Source: the human T2T-CHM13v2.0 reference genome, Homo sapiens
Assembly (NCBI RefSeq): GCF_009914755.1
Contig: NC_060947.1
DNA: 64,000 nucleotides
Reading direction: 5' to 3' (one strand)
Of the stretch, positions 49,906-64,000 are shown piece by piece. Each line of letters opens with the position of its first letter. Positions within the stretch are counted from its first letter, which is position 1. The position numbers were made by a program, and so were the translations under genes. Below the pieces are notes generated by a model, which was not told the DNA's origin, searched no databases, and saw nothing but the letters and a program-made list of their open reading frames with translations.

Positions 49906-50824
49906 GGTCCTTCTAACAATCCTCTGCACTGTGCTCTTTCTAGAAGCATGCATGTGACCAAGGTACTCTCTGGCTTGATCCACAGGATAAAACCTTAGGG
50001 CCCGGAATGAGATAGATTTGTCTTTTGTCCTTGAATTAGAATAACTTATGAGAAGGTAGTGTTGAGGTCTGTTGATTTTACTTTAGTCTCTTTAGTATGG
50101 TGGGCCTGGGAACTTGAGATAACCAGCTAGGGCTCTTGTGTGCGGTCATATGAAACATGAATAGGAGCTTCTCTGTGGGAAAGAAGTTGGCTTTTGCTCT
50201 TAGAATAGCAGAGGTACCTGAGAACAGGCTTTTGCTTCAGAGTAGGATGAGTGTGAGAAGGCAGGTAGCTAGGAGCCTGATCATAGAGGATCTTATGGAA
50301 AGGTTGACCAGTCAGCCAGAGAAAAGTCCAATGTGCACCTGTAGGTCTGGTATAATTATTAGGAGCACCCTCTTTTTACTACCAAAAGTCTCCTGGTTTG
50401 TATGACAAATTTTATTGCAAGGAGATTAGATGAGATTGCTTTGTCCTTTTGAATTCCTGATGCTGCTCTGCTGGCTGGTCCTTCAACTGGCACCACCTAC
50501 TTTACCTTATCTAGGGCATCCGATATCCTCCACTCCCTTTCTGTTAAGCCCCTCTTTTTCCATATGCTTCTTTGTCTTTTTCCCTTTTCCCATTCATATT
50601 CTTGCGATGTTCTTTATGTCTGTGGCCCTTTTTTGGCCATGGGGATTATCTAACCTGAGACTGGCTTTGTTTCAAGCTCCAATGGCTCTGATGCTTGGTT
50701 CATTTTTATGTCCTTTCGCCATTTTTGAATTTGATTGGCCAATTGCCCAAACAAGAGGAATCACCTGTCTGTTCTATTAGGGTCAGCCTTTCACAGCAGT
50801 TATGTAATGTCTTTAGAACTAAGG

Positions 50825-51205
50825 TTTCTTAGCCCATTTGGGTTGCTATAACGAAATACCATAAGCTGGGTAGCTTATAAACAACAAAAATGTATTTATC
50901 ATATTTCTGAAAGCTAGGAAGTACAAGATCAAGGTGCCAGCAGATTCAGTGTCTGGTGAGAGCCCACTTTCTGGTTCACAGCCTTCTAGCTGTGTCCTCA
51001 CATGGTAGAAGAAGCAAAGCAGCTCTCTGGAACCTCTTTTATAAAGGCACTAATCCTATTCATCATTCATTCATAATCCTTCCATATGTGCCCAGACATA
51101 TCCAAGTAGTAGATTAGTACCAGCCCCACCTCCTAATACCATCACATTGGTGATTAGGTTTCAACGTATGAATTTTAGGCAGACACAAACACTCAGACCA
51201 TAGCA
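50825..51205 (-). mobile_element. MaLR solo LTR (MST-type)
   Basis: Ends CAGACCATAGCA; near-perfect TSD (T/C)AAGG. Confidence 0.75.
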
Positions 51206-52001
51206 CAAGGCTTCATGAAATTTAGTGCTGCCCATCTGCTTCCATGGTCTTGGTCTGAGGGACGATTGTTAGGAATGTTGTCTAACTGGCAATCCTTACT
51301 ACAGCAAATACAGATAGCAGTTTTTCCCCCAAAGTAATATGTACCATTGTCCCTGAAGGAAATGTGAGAAAAAAAAAGTTTTTGGAGATCACCCAGGAAG
51401 CCCAGTCATCCTACCAGAACTTCTGCTGATAGAGCCCAGTTAGCTCATGTTGGGCTTTGACCCACTTAGTACTCTTTCAGCTTAGGACAGTAAAACCAGT
51501 AGCTTTAAGAAATCTGTAGATGTTCCATTCATCTTCATATCATTCAATTCTTATGTTGCTAGGGTATGAAGACAGTTAAACACAAGAGCATTTTATAGGT
51601 TTATCAGGGCACTGATGTCATCTGGGGATAGCGTACTTCACTTATACATCATATGTGAAAAACAGAATGAGACACAAATCACAGAGAAATGCAGTTAACG
51701 TTTCATGAGTTCATAAATCTGGAGCTGTGGCCAACACTGGGACCTCTGTTGGAAACTTCCAGCTTTATAATTCAGTAGCTCCAAGGATTAATTTTACCAT
51801 GCAGAGTTTGGGTCAGGAGCTAAAATACATCCACATGCAAATCTAGACCATGGAGAATAACTAAACACATTTTTGTATGGAGATTTGTGAATGTGCTGTG
51901 GTGAAACAATCTCATAAGGGGCCTTTGAATTGTCACTTGTTACTTGCATACATAATGTGCACTATTCAGTACAGTAAACTTTCCATTCAGAACAATCCTC
52001 A

Positions 52002-53990
<1,989 letters not shown>

Positions 53991-54039
53991 ATTTTAAAAA
54001 AGAGTGCTTTCTCCAATTGAATGTGTGCTGGCCCCCAGC

Positions 54040-56185
54040 AGGGGAGAAACTGCTGTGTCCGCAAGAGTGGATGGAGTAGGTTAAGAGATGACCGACTCTT
54101 TGCATCCATTCCTGGCTACTGGTGCTACTCCCTTCAGAAATTGGTGCCGTGCCTGTGTATTCTTTATCCCAAGAAAGAATTCTGTGGCAGGTTGCACTCC
54201 CCCCTCCGTTAGAGGTGGCCCACGCTGAGGGTGAGATCTCTAGGAGTCCTATATAACTCCCTGGTGACCCACCAGTCTCCCGTGTTTGCCAAAATCAGAG
54301 TGGGTTGTGGGGTATGTTTGCAGGGAAACTGGTGGTGTGGGGACTCAAGGCAGAGATTCCTTGGGCAGGGCAGTGGCGCACCACAGCTACAACTGGTATG
54401 ACACCCACTGTCTCAGTTTGTGTCTGAGCGGCATGCAATCATGCCTGCATGAGATGACCTTTCAGTTCTCTGCCCCTAGGAAGCTCTCAAATCACAACCA
54501 ACAGTATTGCCCAGGGCCATAAGGGCAGAGGGGCTCTCCAATGGTTTGGCAGTCAGCAGACTGTTACAGGGGTGGGGGAAGCAGAGAAACACTCCTACCT
54601 ACACTTTCTGCAGGGATCTGAGTTCCTTGGGGGTCAAACTTTGTCTGATTCTTGCTGCTTTCTGTTTCTGCACTCCAGCTTCTTCCTCTAGGAGTTTTTG
54701 ACAGGTCCTGGCTCTCTTCCCACAGTTTTCTATTTGGAACATGCACTCACCAGTAACTTTGATCTTTCTGAGGAGAACTGGCATCCAATGTCCCTAGTCA
54801 TTCATTTTGGGAAAAAAGACAAGACCTGTTGAATTACATCTATTTGAGGATCTCTGAGCTTCCTGTATCTGCATGTCTAAATCTCTTTTTAGACTTCGGA
54901 TGTTTTCAGCTATTATTTTATTAAATAGGTTTTCTATCCCTTTTATTTTCTTTCTGTTTTCTGGGACACTAAAAATCCAAAATATTTGGTTGCTGTATGG
55001 TGTCCCATATTTCACATGGGCTTTTCTCATTCTTTTTATTCTTTTTTCTTCATTTTTGTCTGACTGGTTTATTTCAAAAGCGCAGTCTTCAAGTTCTGAA
55101 ATTCTTTCTTTTGCTTGATTTAGCCTATTATTTATGCTTTCAAATGTATTTTGTATTTCATTCCATAAATTCTTCTAGAATTTATTTGCTGCTTTTTAAA
55201 GTGATATCTGTCTGGTAAATTTCTCATTTATATCCTAAGTTGTTTTTCTGATTTTTTTGTATAGTTCCTCGGAGTTCTCGTGTGTCTTACTGAGCTTCTT
55301 AAAAATCTGTATTTTCCATTATTTATTCAGCATTTTGTTAATTTCTTTCTGATTGGATCTGTTGCTGGTGAATTATTATATTCCTTTGGAAGTGTCATTT
55401 TCCCTTGCTTTTCCATGTTTCTTGTGCTAATTCACTGATGTCTGTGCATCTGGTGTAACAGTTGCTTCTTCCAATTTTTGAATTTGCTTTTGTAGGGAAG
55501 AACTTTTTCCTGAAGATGTATTTATGATATTGGTTGGGTAGTGCTTTGATTCTGTGTATGTGCAGTATTGCAGTCTCCATATGATTTTTTTGGCTGTAAG
55601 CAGTGTCAGTGGTGCCTGTGATTTTCTCAGTGGCATAGGGTGCAGCTGCTAGTACAGGCTGTGACATTTTCGTGGTCACAGGTATATCAGGTTGGCCAGT
55701 GCTCAGGCTTTATTGGTGAAAACATCAGGCTGAGCATGCCTGTCACTGGGCCTCTGGGTGGCATAAGCTGGCATTGGCATTAGTTGGTCCAGGTGGGCTG
55801 ATTCCTGGGGCTCCAGGTAGCTTGCTCACATGTTGGCAGTGGCAGAAGTGGGCTGGGTGAGTGGCCATATCCTCAGGCCTCTTGGCAGTGGGCGTGGCAT
55901 GGTGATGGCAGTAGCAGTGGCAGGATAATCCTCTGCCTTGCAATTGGTCCTCACTAGTGTTGGCAGTGACTACAATGGGCTGGGTGGGCTAGTACCCAGG
56001 CCTGCATGTGGCATGTGTGAGTGGATGCCTGCTGTGGTAGTAGCATCAGGTTGGGTGGGCTCATTCCCAGGACCCTGGGAAGAGTGCTCTGGTGTTAATG
56101 GTGGTTTATGGGGCAGGGCAATTCCCAGACCACCTGATGGCATGTTCAGCACTAGTAGGTGGAATCAGGCTGAGTAGGCCTGTCC
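54040..56185 (-). mobile_element. Old L1 5'UTR and ORF1 fragments
   Basis: ORF1-like peptide KGIENLFNKIIAENIRSLKRDLDMQIQEAQR plus GC-richer L1M 5'UTR-like sequence. Confidence 0.65.
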
Positions 56186-56189
56186 TCGG

Positions 56190-57227
56190 GTCCCTTTTTT
56201 TTGTTGGCAATTTTTTGATTACCATTTCAATTTTGCTGCTTGTTCAGAGATTCTGTTCAGAGATTCTGTATCTTGCTAGTTTAATCTAGGAGGGTTGTAT
56301 ATTTCCAGGAATTCATCCATCTTTTCTAGGTTTTCTAGTTTATGCTCATAAAGGTGTTCATAGTAGCCTTAAATGATCTTTTTTATTTCTGTGGTATCAG
56401 TTGTAATCTCCTGTTTTATTTCTAATTGAGCTTATTTGGATCTTCTCTCTTCTTTTCTTGGTTATCTCACTAATGATCTGTCAATTTTATTTATCTTTAC
56501 AAAGAACAAGCCTTTTGTTTCATTTATCTTTTGTAATTTTTGTTTGTTTCAATTTCATTTAGTTCTTCTCCGATTTTTCTTATATCCTTTCTTCTGCTAA
56601 GTTTGGGTTTGGATTGTTCTTTCTCCAGTTCCGTGAGGTGTGACCTTGGATTGTCTATTTGTGCTCTTTCAGACTTTTTGATGTAGGTATTTAGTGCTAT
56701 GAACTTTCCTCTTAGCACAGCTTTTGCTGTATCCCAGAGGTTTTGATAGGTTGTGTCACAATTATCGTATTGTACAGTTCAAAGAATTGCAAAAATATAG
56801 AACCAGCCCAAATGCCCATCAATCAATGAGTGGATAAAGAAAATGTGATATATATATATCCCATAGAATATTACTTAGCCATACAAAGGAATGAAATAGT
56901 GGCATTCACAGCAACCTGGGTGGAATTGGAAACTATTATTCTAAGTGACGTAACTCGGGAATGGAAAGCCAAACATTGTACGTTCTCACTCATAATTGGG
57001 ATCTAAGCTATGAGGATGCAAAGGCATAAGAATGATACACTGGACTTTGGGGACTTGGGGGAATGGGTGGGTGGTGGCAAGGAATAAAAGACTACATGTT
57101 GGGAACAGGGTGCACTGCTCAGGTGATGGGTGCACCAAAATCTCAGAAATCATGACTAAGTAACTTATTCATGTAACCAAACACCACTCGTTCCCCCAAA
57201 ACCTATTGAAATTAAAAAAAAAACAAA
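56190..57227. mobile_element. L1PB: inverted ORF2 segment (56190-~56785, minus) joined to sense 3' end with poly(A) (~56786-57227)
   Basis: Minus peptide [22 protein letters not shown]; plus-strand L1PB 3'UTR (GGATGCAAAGGCATAAGAATGATAC) and A-tail. Confidence 0.75.
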
Positions 57228-57700
57228 ACACATGCACACGAATGTTCATTGCAGTACTATTCAGAATAGCAAAGACATGGAGTCAACCTAAATGCTCATC
57301 AATGACAGATTGTCCAAAGAAAATGTGATACATATACACCACGGAATACTATGCAGCCATAAAAAAGAATGAGACTCTGTTATTTGCAGGAACATGGATG
57401 GAGCTGCAGGCCACTATTCTTAGCATATTTACCCAGGAACAGAAAACCAAATATTGCATGTTCTCACTTATAAATGGGTGCTAAATGATGAGAACTCATG
57501 GACACAAAGAGGGGAGCAACAAACACTGGGACCTACCAGAGGGAGGAGGGTGGGAGGAAGAAGATCAGAAAACATAACAATTGGACTAGGCTTAGTACCT
57601 GGGTGACTAAAAAATCTGTACAACAAATTTCTGTGTCATGAGTTTACCTATATAACAAACCTACATGTGTACCCCTGAACATAAATAAAAGATTTTAAAA
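57228..57700 (+). mobile_element. Older L1PA (13-16-like) 3' end
   Basis: ORF2 C-terminus and 3'UTR ending ATGTGTACCCCTGAACATAAATAAAAG. Confidence 0.75.
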
Positions 57701-58490
57701 ATTTAACTGATTATATGTTTAATGTTTATTTTTGGGCTATTCTATTTCATTTGTTTATGTCTGTCCTTATGCTGGTACCACGCTATTTTGATTACTTCAG
57801 GTTTGTTGTAAGTTTTGAAATCAGGAAATTTGAATCATCCAACATTGTTCTTTTTCAAAATTATTTTGAGTACTCTGAGCCCCTTGAAATTCCATATATA
57901 TTTTAGAATAGACTTTTTTATTTATACCAAAAACATCATTGGGATCCTGATCGGGATTGCTTTAAATCTATAGATCACTTTTGTGAAGTATTATCCATTT
58001 TAATAATTGTAAGTTTTCTAATTCATGAACATAGAATGTCTTCTCATTACTTATGCCTCCTTCAATTTCTTTCAGCAATGTTTTGTATTTTGCAATGTAC
58101 AAGTCTTTTGCCTCACTGGTTAAATTTATTCCTAAGTACTTTACTCTTCTTGATAGTATTGTAAATTGAATTGTTTTATTAGTTCCCTTTTTAGATATTT
58201 ACTTCATAGCATATAGGAATGTAGCTGATATTTTTGTGTTTATTTTGTATTCAGCAACTTTGTTGAATTTGTATATTACCTCTGTGTATGTGTTTGTCTC
58301 CCTCTCTCTCCCTCTGTATAATATTTGGCGTTTGCTACACATAAGGTCATGCCATACGTGAACAGAGGTAATTTTACTTTTTTTCTGTTTTTTTTTCTTT
58401 CTTGCCTAATTCCTCTGATTAGAACTTCTAATACTATGTTGAATAAAAATGGCAAATGTAGGCATCTTTGCCTTGTTCTTCATAATAAGA
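57700..58490 (-). mobile_element. Old L1M ORF2 fragment, followed by MER5A (~58615-58717)
   Basis: Degenerate reverse-strand ORF2 sequence. Confidence 0.65.
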
Positions 58491-59280
58491 CATCCTGTGA
58501 TTTTTAACATGCATTATGTTGTATGTTTTGGCAGCATTGTTGTTTTTCTTGCAAATAATTTAATAGTTTAACTCAAAGCTTCTAGGATGCTTTCATGTTG
58601 TTAGGTGAATCATTCCATGACTGCCGAATAAGGAATTTTCCAAGTGAATCTCAGAAATTTGTGTTTTAATAAGTGCTTCAGGTGATTCTGTTGCATACTC
58701 AAGTTTGAGAACCATTGTCCAAGGGGCAAAAGCTGCCATTGCCAATTGCTCTTTTTTATCTGAGAGGGGGCAGGATCCTCCTGGTCCACTGCTTGTGGAT
58801 GCAACTTATTAAATGAAATAAGGCCATGAGTACTCTAGGGCCCAATCTCTGCTTTTTGTTTTGTTCACTCCTGTTTAAAATTTCACTCAGGGCTCTCTTT
58901 GGAAGAATTGCACTTACCTTTGCCATCCGGGGCTGAGGTTTCATTTTCTTTGGTTATTCCCCAGGCCAGTACCATTTGCTTTTTACTTTCCAGAAGTTCT
59001 GTAAAGATTGTTGATGGTACCCTTTCTTAGCTTTTTTTTTTTTTTTTGGTCTTGATATAGTCCTATTCTTCTAAAAAATCTTTTCATTTGTCTCCGTCAG
59101 ACTTTGATGGAGAGGAGGGGAGATATTGTTTACATTTGTTAAAAATGGCTTTTAAGTTAAATTCTAACTAAGGGTCTATTAGGAAATAAAATTGCCTTCT
59201 GACTCCTTTTGATTTATTTTGCAGAATTGCATATATCCAAAGCTCTGGGTAATTATTAAACATTAGAAGTATAGAACAAA

Positions 59281-61220
<1,940 letters not shown>

Positions 61221-62476
61221 ATGGATCATGGCTGACTTCCTCACTAACCTCTTCACGTGTAACTTCTGCAGACCTACCACAAGTTTACATGTAACCACAG
61301 AAATCCCTTTCTCTCCTGACTCATTACTAATGGATACCATTCTCAACAAGTCAATCCAAATCAGCCCGTTAAGGAGAAAGAAATTAATATACAAGCTGAG
61401 TGTGAAAGTAGAAATCACCTACACCAGAGAGCTATTTTGGTATTTTGCCTTTAAATAAAAAGCCTCCTCCATATGGCTGTGCAGCCTTGCTCTGTGGCTT
61501 TTCCCAGCACAATCAGTGCTAGTGCTGGGGAAGGGACAGTCAAGAGCAGTCAGTTGCTTACTTATTTTGCTCTGGATGAGTCTGGGACACGCTGTAACTT
61601 TAACACATTTAAGAAGAAGGTGTGTGGCCTTTTCAGAAGGTGGCATGGTCCTCAAGTGAGTTCTTAGTATTTTATATCAGCAAAATAACTCAATTTTGCA
61701 GATTGCAAACAAATATAAAAGCTGTTTCTGTTTATGAATTTTATTCTTTTAGAATAGAATAAGTACATGCTGCTGTAATAAAATTGCCTTTAATCACTTA
61801 ACAAGCCTAACCTTGACTCAGTGAATGCCTATAAAAATAATAAATGAAAAAAAACAGTATTTTTATATCATAAAAGTTTCATTTGTAGCTTATCATTCAC
61901 GTATTGTTGTCCAGCAAACATTAAAAGCCCTGTGGATAATTACGTTATCTTCATACCTGCAAAACGGTGGAGGCTATTTTCGTTAAAACTGTCAGAATTC
62001 GCTGTTATAATTATGACACATAGTCCAAAGAATGCAGTAACCTTTTTATCATGTTAACTAATTGTTCTCTTTTGAAGATCTATGGTTGACTAATTAAACA
62101 ATAATTCAAGTAGAGTGTCCCAGAAAAAAACCACTTGGGCTCCCTGTTTGGAGTCTGGCTGGCTCTGAGCATTGCCAATGGCCCCTACTCACCTGACTTT
62201 GTATCCTCTTCTTTTAGAGGCTTTGCATTCTGCACCCAGCTTCACTAACAGTGGGCTGAAACCAACCTTGGGTTGAGTGTTTCATTTGGGAGTTATTTGG
62301 CCAGGGCCTTTTGAACAATAGTGTCCCCATGAAGTGCTAGATAATATATGTGTAAGAATCAGCTTTTTTTTTTTTAACTATAATATCCTTCAGAAATTTC
62401 TAACTACTTTGTAACTGCATGGCTTAACCTGGTGATAAAAGCAGTTATTAAAAGTCTACATTTTTTTTTAAAAAAA
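61221..62476 (+). terminator. GLUD2 3'UTR with candidate polyadenylation signals (AATAAA 61454, 61777; distal ATTAAA 62447)
   Basis: Hexamers read directly from sequence. The distal one precedes the A-run and TSD. Confidence 0.7.
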
Positions 62477-63109
62477 GAATAGAACAAATAATGGGAGCAT
62501 TGGGTTGACCTTTGCAAATTATCTAGTTTTATTTACCTATTTTACACAGGAGAAGACTGAGAGAAGGGAGGAGTAGCTTGCTGTAGTTCAGACAGCAACT
62601 TATTTCAAAGCTGGTGCTAAAACCTAGAGTGAACTGGTACTTCTCCATTTCTGAAGGAAATGCAGAAGAAACAGAAGCAGAAAGACAACATTTTGGCCTG
62701 GACATATTTAACTTAAAGATGACTCCATTTTTGAACTTTATTTCTTGGAATAGAGTATCTTCTAAATTTAAACTGATCCAACTTTCACAAAATTGGGCAG
62801 TTAGAAGTCACAGAGGGAATTAGCAGCTGTTGTTATAAGAAAAAGCAAAGGGATTGTTGCCAGACTTCATAAATCTTGGCATATTTGAGAAAAATGTCCC
62901 AATTTGTTACATATGCTCATTCATGTGTGTAAACCTTTGGTTATAGTGCTTTGTCAATATAAATATGTTTTACATTATAAATTGGTCTGAGTGCTGGATT
63001 TCATGTTTATTATCCCTTAGAACCCCACTTTCTTTTGCTCTTCTTCTCGGGCTTTCTTTGCTTTATTTCTCCCACTCTTTTCTTCTTTTTTTTAGTGTAC
63101 AAGCAGTGA

Positions 63110-63547
<438 letters not shown>

Positions 63548-63733
63548 AGAGTTTTAAGAGCAAATCATATAAACTATTCTTCAGTGTAATAGAAAAGTAA
63601 ATGGTATTTTTTTTTTTTTTTAAAAAGGGAAACCAGGAAAAAGCAGTTTGAAGCCCAAAGTGAGGAAGTAACACAGCAATTCTCAAAGCTGGCTAGGTAG
63701 GGACTTTTTTCATATAGAAATAATCAGTAAACA

Positions 63734-63985
63734 GGCTGGGCGCGGTGGCTCATGCCTGTAATCCCAGCACTTTGGGAGGCTGAGGTGGGTGGATCCCTAG
63801 GTCAGGAGTTCAAGATCAATCTGGTCAAGATGGTGAAACCCCGTCTGTACTAAAAATACAAAAAAAAAACAAAAAAAAACTAGCTGGGCATGGTGGTGGG
63901 CGCCTGTAATCCCAGCTACTCAGGAGGCTGAGGCAGAGAATTGCTTAAACCCAGGAGGCGGAACTCCATCTCAAAAAAAAAAAAA
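63734..63985 (+). mobile_element. AluS with a ~55-bp deletion in the right arm
   Basis: GGAGGCGGA joined directly to ACTCCATCTC. TSD AATCAGTAAACA at 63722-63733 and 63984-63995. Confidence 0.9.
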
Positions 63986-64000
63986 TCAGTAAACAGAAGT

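Noticed and set aside
50430-50780. 116-aa hydrophobic ORF resembling a membrane protein
   Set aside because: Results from T/C-rich composition; no homology or gene-structure support.

Overview
Primate (human-like) genomic DNA, AT-rich and dominated by transposable elements (L1, Alu, ERV1, MaLR, Tigger/MER). The only intact gene is the intronless, hominoid-specific retrogene GLUD2 (59544-61220, +). Its insertion boundaries are still visible: a target-site duplication, a decayed poly(A) tail and a co-copied GC-rich 5' region. GLUD2 is known to lie on Xq24. The window also holds a decayed processed pseudogene of CBLL1/Hakai (minus strand) that seems to derive from an exon-skipped mRNA, and two ancient minus-strand ERV1-class proviruses with paired LTRs, PBS remnants and 4-bp TSDs. 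An LTR8-type ERV fragment has the hallmarks of an L1-mobilised processed transcript (LTR cut at R, poly(A), long TSD). Several small template-switch or duplication scars are present. I find no evidence for a new multi-gene system; the best leads concern retroposition history. Most ORFs in the track are repeat-derived or antisense shadows. Repeat subfamily names and parent-gene comparisons are from memory and need RepeatMasker/BLAST confirmation.
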